This document shows, piece by piece, positions 12,912-26,600 of a stretch of DNA of 64,000 nucleotides. Both the position numbers and the translations under genes were made by a program. Every line of letters begins with the position of its first letter. The stretch's first letter is position 1. Source of the stretch: Perna viridis (lineage: Eukaryota); NCBI GenBank assembly GCA_037379345.1, contig CM074522.1, forward strand, positions 37,825,288 through 37,889,287. The letters run 5' to 3'. A model generated the notes under the pieces. That model made no database searches. It was not told where the DNA came from and saw nothing but the letters and a program-made list of their open reading frames with translations.

Positions 12912-13540
12912 GTAAGTCTGTCTTCAAAAATAGGTCTAGATCACAGTACATACTGAAACAATTTTTAGATATAAGCTGGTCATATCAAATAGTCATGCTA
13001 CATACTGAAATCTACATTTTTGTATGTTATTATATTTGTTGGAAAATACTACATCAAGCTACAAACTTAATGACTTGTAAATGAGAAATATTGTAAGTCT
13101 AAGACTATGTTCAATTGAGTCTATCTTTAAACAAGATTAATCGCATGCTACACATGCTTTAAGTTTCAGATCTTGGTATATATTTTATTCAAATGCAACT
13201 GATGAGAGGTTGCTCCTTGAAACACGTGTGCAGCATATCAAAATTTGCAATATACATGTATATAATTTGTATTTTTTGTATCTACATAATTTTTCAAAAA
13301 CCTGTTTTGGTATGTGTGTCAGTGATTTCTCCCTAGTATTTAACAGTTTTAAATGTCACTCCTGAGAGTGCCTTAATAATACCCCATGGAGGCTAGAATG
13401 CGTTTTGGCTTGAGAGTCAGTCTGTTAGTCTACTGTTATAACTCTTTGAAATTTATGAAGTATATTTAATTATTACTGAATCATCTTGTTAATAAAAGAA
13501 ACATTAAAGAGTTTCATAAAAAGAACATGTTTAATTTTAG

Positions 13541-13693
13541 GGTAAGTTACTGTACTGTAAGAATCCCCCTGGTACTGATCCTGAGGAATTCAATTGTGCT
13601 TGTACTATTATCCCTGAGGAGAAGAAAAAGCATCCTGTCATACAAAACCAAATGCCACAACAGTCAAAACTAGACAAAGAATTCTTCAGAAAG
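13541..13693 (+). CDS. LSG1: LSG1 coding exon
   Basis: ttttag|GGTAAG...AGAAAG|gtttgt. Encodes GKLLYCKNPPGTDPEEF...SKLDKEFFRK. Confidence 0.9.
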
Positions 13694-13730
13694 GTTTGTT
13701 ATTTTGGTTTTGTAGAAGATGATTGATCCA

Positions 13731-14592
13731 TTTTCAGCTCACCTGGCCAATGGACACGTGAGCTATTGCCATCACTTGGCATCCATCGTCATCATCCGTC
13801 GTTGTTAACTATTTTTCAAAACTCTTCTCCTCTGACCAATCAAACTTGGTATAAATGTTTTTAGTGGTATCCTGCATAGAACTGGTATGGGGATTTTTAA
13901 TCCATCGAAAAACATGGCGGCCATTACTAAAAATAGAACAATAGGGTCAGACAGTAGTTTTTCACATATATATCTAAGACTGTTAGGTTTAGCTAAATTC
14001 TGACCAGGTAAAAGTGTTTAGCATGATGAGATCTATCTGCAGTCAAATATTAGTTTTAATCCATCAAGCCGTGTTGATGTTATTGCCCTTTTTCAATGTT
14101 TTTTTGCTATTTATAACGTTATTTCTTTCAAAAATCTTCTCCTCTGACAATACTTAACCAATTGAAACCGAACTTGGTATTAATGTTCCTTTGAGGTATC
14201 CTGCATATAACTGATGTGGAGATTTTTGATCTGTTGAATAACATGGCTGCTGTTACTAAAAATAGAACATAGGGGTTAGACAGTAGTTTTTCACATATAT
14301 CTCCAAAACAGTTAGGTTTAGCCATTTTTTTTCAAAAGCTGAAATGATCCCTATTATTAGGACTACAAAAGTTTTCAAGGATAAAAGTTGTCAGATGACT
14401 CCTTGTAAGACGTTTTTTTTTTTGTTTTTTTTTTACAGTTTTCAGCCACTATCTTGAAAACTATGATAGAAACTTTCAATTGCTGAAATGATCCTAATCA
14501 AAATTGTTATACAACTTCTTGTTAAATTTATTGCCCTTGAAAGGCAGAATTCAACTAGGTGAGCAATTCAGGCTCCTGGGAGCCTTTTGTTT
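13731..14592 (+). mobile_element. Full-length non-autonomous Helentron/HINE-like element
   Basis: 5' TTTT-cagctcacctgg...gtgagc, then a (CGTC/CATC) microsatellite and internal tandem units. 3' ctaggtgagc (inverse of gctcacctgg) plus hairpin aggctcctgggagcct, then TTTGTTT. Confidence 0.75.
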
Positions 14593-15750
14593 CGTTCACT
14601 TGACCAAAAGGCCATGTGAACTATTGTCATCACATTGCAGCTTTATGTTGTATGTAGTAAACTTTTGAAAATGTCTTCTCCTCTGAAACTACAAGATGGA
14701 TTGCAACCAAACTTGGTATGAATGTTCCTTAGTGTGTGCTCTACATAACTGTTGTAGGGATTTTTTTATTTGTCGAAAAACATGGCTACCATTAAAAATA
14801 GAACATAGGGGTCAGACAGAAGTGTTTTGCATATATCTCCAGAACTGTAAGGTTAAGCCAATTCTGACTGTGTAAAAGTGTTCAGCTTGATGAGATCTAT
14901 CTGCGGTTAAATTTTCATGGTAATCTGTTTAGCCATGTTGGAGTAATTGCCCTTTTTAGATGTTTTTCACTATTTTTAATGTTATTTCTTTCAAAAATCT
15001 CCTCTGACGCTACAGAACCAAGTAAGAACTTAACTTGGTATGAAAGTTCCTAAGGGTGTTCTGCATAGAACTGATATGGGTTTTTTTTTATCCAGCGAAA
15101 GAACAATCAAGGGAACCAAGGTTCTAGCGGGAATCAAAAGAATGCAATCCAGGGACAGACCAAACATGGAAAACAGACATACACAACAAAGAACATTAAG
15201 TAACTATAAGAATACATACAAAGTAACAAAAGCAAATGGGCAACTCAGACTCCACTTGAAACTGGGAGCATGGACCAGGTAGGGCAAGTGTCCTCTGCTT
15301 TTCTAGAAACACCCGCCAAGTTCCTCATAAAAAGTAGACGAAAGAGGAAAAGGAAAACTATGACACAAACAAATCAGTTTTCATGGTGCAGGTGGATACA
15401 TCGTAACAATCCACGAGTTCATGATGGTGACCATAAAACTAGCCACCGTTATCAAAAATAAAACAAAGTAAGACAGAAGTTTTTCGCATATATTTCCAAA
15501 ACCATTAGGTTTAGCCAAATTCTAACATGAGAAAAAAATGTTTATCATGATGAGATCTATCTGTGGTCAAATTTTCATGTTAATCTCTTTTTTTTTGCAT
15601 TTTTTATGTTAGTACTTTGAAAAAAAATTTCCTAAAAAATTACTGGACAGAATTCAATAAAAATTGATAAATTTTTATCTGAGAAAAAACGGCAGCTTTT
15701 ACAAAAATAGAATGTTGCTTATCAAGCTAGGTGAGTGATTCAGACATTCT
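14593..15750 (+). mobile_element. Second, adjacent HINE-like copy, interrupted by a retro-derived insert at ~15100-15470
   Basis: 5' gttcacttgaccaaaaggccatgtgaactattgtcatcac, body homologous to 13731-14592, 3' ctaggtgagtgattcag. Confidence 0.65.
15100..15465 (-). mobile_element. Penelope-derived non-autonomous fragment (end of ORF plus 3' UTR)
   Basis: Minus strand reads FYGHHHELVD-like (PLE RT C-terminal motif), then ggcgggtgtttctagaaaagcagagg...ctcccagtt...tagaaccttggttcccttgatt. Related pieces lie at 25361, 27601, 31190, 34907, 47667, 60480 and 63170. Confidence 0.55.
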
Positions 15751-16359
15751 TATTTTTAGCCAAATGAGATTTCCTTATCGCACTTGTTAGGGACTTAAAA
15801 CATGTGATGTTTGTGACATTCAGCATGCCCATTCACTAACTGCAGTTGGTTATTCACATACAATAAAATCATGTTCGTACAGTCTCACAAGTCAAAACAT
15901 TTATATGTAAACAGTATTCTTTTTTAAATTTTAATCTTTGAATTTCTGGTATTCTGTTATGTTGGGTAATTTGATCGCCTGCTATTTATTTTTTTGTTTA
16001 ATCATGGGAAGCTGTTTTTTATTCAACTGCCATCATATTCAACATAGACCAACATGTGCCAAACAGTACAAATCATATTACATCTATTCTACACTGTACT
16101 GTCACATTACATTTCTATAATAAAAAAAAGTGCAAATTGATCATTTTAACATTTTAAAAACGATCTACCCCGAAATACAAAGATTAAGGGATGCATTAAC
16201 CCCCAAAACTAGTGGGCATGCTGACGTTCCAATAGAATGTTTTAAGGCGTCTTATGAACACAATAGGGACAGGCATTCTGAATTGTAGTACTGATCAGAA
16301 AACTAATTTTAAAAGTGAAGAAGAATCAAACACCACCAGAAACTGAAGGAAATCTCATG

Positions 16360-17895
16360 TGTCAGGCTCTAACAGTCTACTAGTGCTGGCTCTGAAAGTC
16401 TCTTGGTTACCTGTATCTTGCTCTGAAAGTCTCTTGGGTACCTGTATCTTGCTCTGAAAGTCTCTTGGTTACCTGTATCTTGCTCTGAAAGTCTCTTGGT
16501 TACCTGTATCTTGCTCTGAAAGTCTCTTGGTTACCTGTATCTGGCTCTGAAAGTCTCTTGGGTACCTGTATCGTGCTCTGAAAGTCTCTTGGGTACCTGT
16601 ATCGTGCTCTGAAAGTCTCTTGGGTACCTGTATCGTGCTCTGAAAGTCTCTTGGGTACCTGTATCTTGCTCTGAAAGTCTCTTGGGTACCTGTATTGTGC
16701 TCTGAAAGTCTCTTGGGTACCTGTATCTTGCTCTGAAAGTCTCTTGGTTACCTGTATCTTGCTCTGAAAGTCTCTTGGTTACCTGTATCTTGCTCTGAAA
16801 GTCTCTTGGGTACCTGTATTTTGCTTTGACAGTCTCTTGGGTACCTGTATCTTGCTCTGAAAGTCTCTTGGGTACCTGTATCTTGCTCTGACAGTCTCTT
16901 GGGTACCTGTATCTTGCTCTGAAAGTCTCTTGGGTACCTGTATCTTGCTCTGAAAGTCTCTTGGTTACCTGTATCTTGATTGACAGTCTATTGGTTAGGT
17001 GTATTTGGCTGTGACAGTCTATTGGTGATGTGCATCTGGTTCTGACAGTCTGTTGGTGTCGTGTTTCTGGCTCTGACAGTCTATTGGTGACGTGTATCTG
17101 GCTCTGAAAGTCTGTTTGTTAGGTATTTCGGTGTGACAGTCTATTGGTTAGGTGTATCCAGTTATTTGTGGTGTGTATCTGGCTCTGGCAGTCTAAATAA
17201 GGTTTCAGTATCCATTACTTTATGTTATACGAAAGAACTTGATTTGGTTAATCATCAGCCTTTATATACCAAATGGTTGAAGCCATCCTTTGAGCAAAAT
17301 ATGCCAGCAGTCTATTGGTGACATGCATTTTGCTCTGACAGTCTATTGGTGACGTGAATCTTGCTCTGACAGTTTATTGGTTAGGTGTATGTGGTTCTGA
17401 CAGTCTGTTGGTTGCCTGTTTCTTGTTCTGACAGTCTCTTTGTGACATGTATCTGCTCTGACAGTCTCTTTGTGATGTGTATCTGGCTCTGACAGTCTGT
17501 TGGTAAGGAGTATCTTGCCCTGACAGTCTATTGGTGGCATGTATCTTGATCTGACAGTCTTTTGGTGATGTGTATCTGGCTCTGACACTCTACTGGTGAC
17601 ATGTATCTGGCTTTGACAGTCTATTGGTGACATGTATCTGGCTGTGACAGTCATTTGATGATGTGTATCTGGCTCTGACACTCTATTGGTGACATGTATC
17701 TGGTTCTGACAGTCTATTGATTACCTGTATCTGGCTCTGACAGTCTATTGGTGACCTGCATTTGGCTCTGATGGTCTATTGTTGACGTGTATCTGGTTCT
17801 TACGGTCTGTTGGTTAGGTGTATATGGCTCTGACAGTCTATTGGTTAGGTGTCTCTTGCCCTGACAGTCTATTGGTTAGGTGTATTTGGCTCAGA
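16360..17895 (+). repeat. 30-bp tandem satellite in the last LSG1 intron
   Basis: Unit gctctgaaagtctcttgggtacctgtatct. Homogeneous at 16390-16980, diverged at 16980-17190 and 17305-17895. Confidence 0.95.
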
Positions 17896-17934
17896 GTTTT
17901 GACAAAGACAAAGCAGGGTGTATTCAATGGTCAA

Positions 17935-18246
17935 GTGTTCCTGGTTTGTTTTCTTATTAAGTGGTAAGCGTACAGTCCACCGTCACTATGACTGTCCTGG
18001 TATTGTATTCTTACTAAGTGGTAAGCGTACAGTCCACCGTCACTATGACTTTGTCCTGATATTGTATTCTTACTTAGTGGTAAGCTGTACAGACCACCGT
18101 CACTATGACTTTGTGCTGGTTTTGTATTCTTACTAAATGTGGAGATGTACAGTCCACTGTCACTAAGACTTTGTCCTGGTATTGTACTCTTACTAAGTGA
18201 TAAGCTTTACAGTGTACCGTCACTATGACTTTGTCCTGGTATTGTA
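17935..18246 (+). repeat. ~60-bp minisatellite x5 abutting the last LSG1 acceptor
   Basis: Unit tcctggtattgtattcttactaagtggtaagcgtacagtccaccgtcactatgactttg. Confidence 0.92.
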
Positions 18247-18273
18247 ATAGTACATTTGTCTTTTCGTTTTCAG

Positions 18274-18465
18274 AATGAGTCTAAGGTGCGATCTAAAGGA
18301 GTAGTGGGTGTTTCAAACATGGCTCGTGCTCAAGGACAGATGAGTAACACTAACTCACCAATGAGTAGCACACAGACTCTAAATGAAAAACCCTGGAAAA
18401 AACATCATAATACTAGAAAACGGGAAAAGTTAAGGAGACTTTATAAAGATCAGGACTGTATCTAG
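18274..18465 (+). CDS. LSG1: LSG1 terminal coding exon
   Basis: ttttcag|AATGAG...TAG. Basic C-terminus KPWKKHHNTRKREKLRRLY is typical of LSG1. AATAAA follows at 18487. Confidence 0.92.
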   Translation, partial: NESKVRSKGVVGVSNMARAQGQMSNTNSPMSSTQTLNEKPWKKHHNTRKREKLRRLYKDQDCI

Positions 18466-18486
18466 GTTTTTTAGCTGTGATAATGC

Positions 18487-18492
18487 AATAAA
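18487..18492 (+). terminator. LSG1 polyadenylation signal
   Basis: AATAAA about 20 nt after the stop, followed by T/GT-rich sequence. Confidence 0.6.
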
Positions 18493-20621
18493 TTATGCTA
18501 TTGATGGTATAACATGTATGTGTTATTATTTTGCATTAACAATCCCAGAGCCTTACAATATGGTAGGTTTGCTAGTAGTTTTTCAAACCTATTGGTCATA
18601 TGCTTTGACAAACTAAATATTGTGTCAATAATTGTCTTGATGCAATATGTTTTAGTGGTTGGAATAATTAGTTAGTCAAAGCACGTGCCAAAATCTCCTG
18701 TTTATATCATGAGTGAATGAAATATAATGAAATGAAGTTCTTTTCCACACTTTTGCAGAATTTACGCATTTCTGCACTAATGTGTCCATGGATGAACTGC
18801 AAAAAAAGTTTTGTTTGCAAAGTAAGCAAACATATGTACTAATTATTATGCAATATACAAATATGATAAACTTATAAACTTAACATACCCCTTTAATTAC
18901 AGTAAACAAGGTAAATTGGATAGTAATATGTGGTTATCCCTTTTTCATGCACCACTACAAAAAGATTTTATAATAGTATAGTGCTGTCGCCATGGTCATT
19001 TTAAGTCCAATCGGAACTACTTGGCCATTTCCACTACACTAGAAAATAACCTCAGACGCAGAAAGGAGAATTTCTTCTCAAAAACATTGCCAGAATTGTA
19101 GTCATACGCGAATCAAATTCGTTTTATTCACCAGGTGGCGCTAAAAAATTTTAGTTTGATAGCTCTAGAAATAAAGAACAACAACTCTTCCAAGAATTTT
19201 GGGGCGAAGCAAGGAGCTAAGAAAAAAGTAACGTTAACAAATTCAACTATATAACTTCAGAATCGGATCGGTCAAAATCCGGACAGATCCATCCGCTTAG
19301 TGCCTCCCAGGTTTTTCTTTTGTGTAACTAGAAAGGCTGAGGTATTCCGATTGGTCTTATGTCATCGTCCTTAGACATTTGGTTTTCATTTGATAAATTG
19401 AATATTGGTTGATCTTCAGGCGTTTAGCTGAGGCCAAATTGAAGTGTAGGCAAAATTACGGCAGGGGGTCTGGGGGCCACTTCAGGGTTTAGACAGAAAA
19501 TTTTAGAAATAAGGGCCAGAATCATACATTTCCCTTTTGTCCAATAAGTTGACTGTTGGCAAATGGTTCACTTTTAAATTTTATAAAAAGGTGCCATACC
19601 ATGAAAGGAAGACTTGCATTGATTTCAGGGGTTTAGACTTGAAAATTTTTAAATAGGAGCCTAAACAGAGGCCTGAAGCATGCATTTTCCTTATGTTTGG
19701 ACAATAACTTGAGGAAAAATAAATGGATCTTGTATAAATTTTACTACAAGGTGCTGTGCCACCAAAGGAACCTGAACAGTTGGGACAAGTATTGCCACAC
19801 CGTTCAAACTTTATTTTGATTATAATTAGATGTGTAACGAAAGGAAGAAAGGATGGAAGGACGGACAACCTAATCTCTTTACATCCCCACCTGATTTGCA
19901 AATAAAAAGGATTTTTAGGGGTGTAGTCCCTTTGACCCTACAGAACTCGAATGCCATAAGAGATATCTGCAATCTGATTGGAAAACGCAGGCAACAATTT
20001 TCATATGGGATCCAATAAAAAACATCTAAATCAGACCAAAAATTTTTAAAGAGTTGAATTTTTTGGGCGTGGCCGAATTTCGTACCCCTTTAATTCCAAA
20101 CGGGAATATACCACTCAAAACTATAGAGCCCTCCAAAATGTCCTTAAGAACAACGTGTCAAAATTTCAAAAAGATTAGATAAGTTTTCTTAAGTTATTGA
20201 AATAAACCAAGGTTAACGGACGTCAGTAATGACTACGAAGACGTGACGACAACAACGATGACATGGTGATACTTCGCCCAAATTTTTTTGGTGGTCATAT
20301 AAAAAGCCATTGAATAATTTTAAAGCCTATAATCTTGCAGGATACAAGGTCTATTGAAGGACAAACAAATTTTCTATATATATGAAGGGTAATTATAACA
20401 AAATTATAGAACTGATGAAATCTAGGCAATAGTCAAACTGAACTAGTTTCTGTGCCCCTTGTGTCCCTTTATCCTTATTTGGCTCAAGTCACGCAACCCA
20501 AAAAAATCAATACTAAGACTTCCTTTGGTGGTACAGCACCTTATAGGAAAATTTATATAAGATCCATTCATACTCCAAAAGGAAAGTTTGGATTTAGTTT
20601 TAAGGTTTCGACTTCAACCAT

Positions 20622-23600
20622 TTAAGTAGCAGTCCACCTAAGAATCATTTTTGGGCCTAAAAAAACACAAAAACATTACAATTTTAATGTATTTTTTTTG
20701 TATCTAATGGTGGAAATTTGTTAAACTACATAATTATATTAATGAAGTATGTCATCAAAAACAATTTACAATAAAGTACAAAGCAATCAGATTGGTTTAG
20801 ATCTGGTTACCATAGCAACAAAAATTCTTAATTTTTGACAATTTGAAATATACGAAAATAGGTTATGTTCAGACCCGTTTTGCTAACAAGAGCAAGAAGA
20901 TATTAATTAAATGTATGCATGGATATGTAGTAGGTGCTCGCCACTGAAAAATATCAAAAATAAAAATATGTAGCATGTCTTTGTTTTTTTGCTCATCTGC
21001 ACCCAAAATCACCCCCTGTAAGGACTTTTCTTCTTAAAGTTTTTCATACAAACTTGTCCAGACCATAACTTTTTTGTCTTATGACCTAGACTTCTAATAT
21101 TTGGTATGTTGGTATATCCTCTCAGGGTAGATTGTTGCATACCAGAGTGGTAGACTTTTAACCTTGATCTTTAACCTCAAGGTCAAATAACTTACAAATT
21201 TTGGCAAAATACGATACATAATTTTATCTGTGCATTATTGTTGGGTCTTTTTACTTATATACATGATCTTTGGCATTTAAGTATATCACACCAAGGCAGG
21301 GAGTAATGTTTTAGGTAGGTGACCTTTGACCTTGACCTTTGGCCCCGAGGACAAATAACATAAAAGTTTTGGCAAAATACCATAAAAAACTTCGTCTTGG
21401 CCATATTGTTTTTTTGTCTTTTTACCAAGATATCTCATGTTTGGTATGTAAGTAAACCACATTAAGGTAGAGTGTAATGTTCAAGATAGGATAACTTTTG
21501 ACTTTGACCTTTGACTCCAAGATCAAATGACATACAAAATTTTGGCCAAATACCAGACAAAAATTTGTCTGGGCTAAAATTGTTTTGTCTTTTCACTTAC
21601 ACATCTGATATTTGGTATTGGATTATAAAACCTGAAGGTCAGGCACCACATACTAGGGTGGTTGACATTTGAACTTGACTTTTTACCTCATGTTCAAATA
21701 ACATACCAAGGTTTGACGCCATTCATACAAAATTTGTTCATATGTTATGTCGTAAATTATGTGGTCAGAGCGGAGAAGTCGAGGGCATGGCATGGCTCCT
21801 CGAGATGTCGACTGCCTCCCCGTCCGACATGTTAATATGAACTCTATCTTTTCGAGTGACATTTTGTTTGTTGGGGAAAACTAGTTCATGGTAGAGTCTT
21901 GATGGAGCGGTGGTGTTTTCTTGCTATGACTGACATACATGTAGTTTTGTTTTGTGTCCCTGGCCTATCGGACACTGCATGCTTTCGAGGCTGGCCTGGT
22001 AAATAAAGATATTAAGTTTTACTCTTTTTTGTCCTAAACGTACACTGTGATACCAGGGCTGGGTCGAGCTCCCTTAAAAACTCAGTATCACGTACTGTCG
22101 GACCTGACTTTATTTACCAATGAAATCTCTCAATTTTATTTAATTTCCAAAGATGAATATTCATAACGCCTTAGTATAGGAAACGTTTGGTTATGTAAGA
22201 TTACGTTTACCCAAACTTACTTTATCTTTTTATGTCGGATACTGTTTTAATTTATTTATCCTTAAACAATGGAAACTATTACCTAAAGCAATTAAATACA
22301 TTTTGCTAATTTCTATAAAGTGTCAGTTGTTTACCTATGTATTATTTAATAATATTACACATATTTCTTTCTTTCGGCTAAATTTACAAATATGTAAGCT
22401 AAAATACAATTTTATTTATTTTTAATTTTTGCTGAATCATATAGAATTTTACTGCATCACACATATCATAACGCTTTTTGTCTTTTTGACCTAGACTTCT
22501 AATATTTAGTATGTTGGTATATCCTCTCAAGGTGGAGTGTTGCGTACCAGAATAGATAAAATTTTACCTGAATTTAACCTGTCTACCTCATGGTCAAATA
22601 AGATACTCATTTTGGCAAAATACCACCAAAGTTTTGCCTGTGTCATAACCTTTTTGCTTTTTACTAAGATATCTGACATTTGGTATGTGTGTATTTCACG
22701 CCAAGGTTGAGTGTCATGTACCAATTAAGGTGTGTGACTTTTGAACATGACCTTTGACCTTATGGTCAAATGACATACACAATTTTGGCTTGAGTTCATG
22801 ACTGATTTCATGCAATATTTCACCTCACAGTATGTCGTAATTGTAAAGAATCACCTGATTGTGCGCAACTCCAGTAGCAGTACTAATCTTTTACATCTGT
22901 TATGGAATATGGGTCCTCTTAATTTCAAAGGAGAAGAACTCTGAGCTTAAATAATTATACCCCACGCAATGCAGTTGCGCAGGGTAAAATGTGTTTGACC
23001 CGTCCGTCTGACCGTCAGTCCATCAGTCCATCTTAAGTTTTCCGCACTTTTGTTTTAAACACTTGCAGATATTGAAATATTTTTTTGGTTAATAAGTTCA
23101 ACATGATAAGTTAAAGGACAAGTATACTTTTTGATAATTTTTACCGAAATTACGGGCTCTGTAATCATCAAAAGTCACAGACATTTTTTTTCTGAACATT
23201 TGCAGATATTGACATGATAAGTTTTAAACTAACATTCTGAGTAACAGAAATTATAAATTAACCGTGATAAGTTACAATACAAGTTTGTGTTTGGTTTCAC
23301 TTCGATGATTTTACTGAAATTACGGGCCTTGAACTTAACAAAATTTACAGAAATAATCGTTTTAAGGACTTTTTTTCCTAAACGCTTGCAGATAATGACA
23401 TGATAAGTTTTAAACTAACATTCTGAGTAACAGAATTTAGTTAGAAGAGGTTGTTTTTCTCATCGTATATTTAAGCTCATCTTGGACGAAGGTCAGTGTG
23501 AGCCATTGCCATCACTTTGTGTTCATTGTAGTTGTCTGTTGTTGTTGACTTTTTCAAAAATCTTTTATTTTATATTGTTGCAATCTTTTTTAATGCCTAT

Positions 23601-26600
23601 AAAAATCATTTTCAAAAATCTTTTAAAAATTTCATTTTTGTTGCAATCTTTTCTACACCTGATTTAACACTCTAATTCTTTTTTATGTAGGTCCTTCTAA
23701 ATGTATTTCTCTTATCAATCTACCTACATGTTTATGCCTGAGGTCCAGCATAGTTGAGTATAGGGGAAATATATAAAGGAATATGCCAAAGAAGACAAAA
23801 CACTTAATTGTGTGTGAAAACATCACGGTTGAGTACTTTTGGTATCATACCTCATTAAATATAAATGACAGGATTATATAACTGAAGTCATAAACGGATA
23901 CATTAGGATATTGAATCAGCATCCAAATGAAGTCTGCAACCTATATTTTACATTTCATTGACTGTATTAACGTTTACTTCTGATCTCATGTATGGGCAAT
24001 AATAAGTAGAAAGATCATGTAAACTTGTTGACTATAAATTAAAGTAGTTCATATTTTACAATTATGCAATTTATTCTTAAATGCCAATACAAGATGAAAT
24101 GTATAATTTTAGGTTACCCATGTTTGGTTCTCACATAGTTTCTAGACAGCTACAAGTAATAGATGTAGAGTAACAGGCCAGTAAACAAACATTTGTTATT
24201 TTTAGCTCTTCTTGCCAAAGGCCAAGTGAGCTTATGCCATCACTTGGCGTCCCTCCTCGTCGACAAATTTTCGAAATTCTCCTCCTCTAGATAATTGTGC
24301 ACAAAATGACTGTCGGGATTTATGATCCGTGAAAAAAACATAGCCGCCGTTACTAGAAATAGAACATAGGTGTCAAAAGGCTTTTTTTAAAAAAAAAAAT
24401 ACTCAAAAAACCGTTGCCTTTAGCGTAATTCTTGCAGGGGATAATATTGTCCAGGATTAAGAGAAAACCTATGCCGTAATTCTGCAAACGATATTTACAA
24501 CTGATGTAGGAGTTATGACCCCTATAAAAGTTTTTTTGGCATTCCTCGTATGTACAACTTTGCAAATATTCTCCTCAAAAACAATTGTTCTGTATGGTTT
24601 CCACAAAAAAATAAATATTGGTATTCTTGATCCGTGACAAAAACATAACCCCTGTTACTAAAAATAGAACATAGGGGTCAGAAGGCAACTTCTTGCAAAC
24701 AACTCAAAGGTTGTTGCCCTTTTTGGAGAATTATATAGTTCAGCATCAAAAGATTGACCAATACCGACATTTTCGAAACGATTCGTTTACCAATGTAGGA
24801 GTTATGGCTCCTGAAACAATTCTTAATTTTTCCATATGTATATGTGCAATTTTGCAAATCTTCTCTTAAACCATTCAAGATCAGTTAATACACATATTAA
24901 TTCTTTAGTGTATTGTGCTCGAAATGACTTGTGTTTTTAAATCCATTAAAAATGTATATGGCTGCCTATACTAAAAATGGAACATAGGGGTCGGAAGAGT
25001 TTTTTAAAAATAATTAAAAAACTGTTGCCTTCAGCAAAATTCTGGTTCACGTCATAAAATGCTATGAAAAGTGTTTCCTGCATTTGACTATTCAGTTAAT
25101 TTTAACTTAGCCTGTCTCATTGCCATTTTTTCTAATAAGCAAATGGTAAGCCAGGTGAACGATTCAGGCTCTCTTAAGCCTCTAGTTATCCATTTATAAT
25201 GTTTCTATAATATATTATAAAATTTAATGTTGATTTTCCAATTGTTCTTATCTAAATTTCTGGCACAAAATTCCATGTTGAGTAAGTCACAGTATTGTGT
25301 ATTATTTTAAACAACAAAATTATAAAACATTTTGAAATACCTACATGTTCATGTTTACAAGAGTAATAATGGGAACCAAGATTCTAGTTGAAATCAAAAG
25401 AATGTAATCCTTGGACGTTTTGATAAGGAGATGTGCATTTCAGTAAAACAGGAGTTAAAAATGGAAATGGATATAATGTCAAGAGTTGATCAACAAAAAC
25501 AAGAAATAGTCTACTTGGGTCTGATTGAATTCTCTCAAAATACAGAAATTGAAAAAAAAAGTTTAGTATCAGTCATATAACATTTGTCCTCATTAACACT
25601 CATCAAGTCAAAAGTTGATATGTTATTTGACCATGAGGTCAAAGGTCAAGTTCAAATGTCAACCAATCTATTACGAGGTGCCTCGCCTTGAGAAAACATA
25701 ACCCCATACCAAATATCAGATGTCTCAGGAAAAAGACAAAGAAAATTATAGCCCGGACAAAATTTTTTATGATATTTGGCCAAAATTGTGTATGTCATTT
25801 GACCTTGGAGTCAAAGGCCAAGGTCAAAAGTCATCCAATCTAGAACATTTCATTTTAACTTGATGTGATTTATTTAATTGTCTATCAGGTCAGATATCTA
25901 AGTAGAAAGATCAAAACGTAATGGCACAGAAAAAATTGTGTATCGTATTTTGCCAAAATTTGTATGTTATTTGACCTTGATATAAAGGTCAAGGTCAAAG
26001 GTCACCCACTCTGGTACGCGACACTCTGCCTCGAGAGGATATACCAACATACCAAATATTAGAAGTCTAGGTCAAAAGACAAAAAAGTTATAGTCTGGAC
26101 AAAGGTTGTATAAAAAGCGTTAAGAAGAAGAAAAGTCTTTATGGGGGTGATTTAAGGCCCAAATGAGCAAAAAACAAAGATATGCTACATATTTTTATTT
26201 TTATATGTTTCAGTGGAGAGCACCTACTACACATCCATGCATACATTTGGATAATATCTTCTTGCTCTTGTTAGCAAAACGGGTCTGAACATAACCTATT
26301 TTCGTATATTTCAAATTGTCAGAAATTAAGAATTTTGGTTGCTTTGGTAACCAGATCTTAACCAATCAGATTGCTTTGTACTTTATTGTAAATTGTTTTC
26401 CATAATACACACTTCATTAATATAACTATTTAGTTTGGAAAATTTTCACCATTAGATATGAAAAAATACATTCAAATTGTGACATTTTTGTGATTATTAG
26501 GCCCTAAATTGGTTGTTGCTAAGGAGTGGTTGTTGCCATGGTAACAGTGTAAACATTTTTCATTTTTTTCATTTTATTCACTGTTTTTCTGATATATCCA

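Noticed and set aside
17343-17681. 112-aa repetitive ORF (SEPDTHHQ repeats) on -
   Set aside because: It is a translation of the 30-bp satellite, has a non-ATG start, is interrupted by stops in neighbouring units, and lies antisense within an LSG1 intron.
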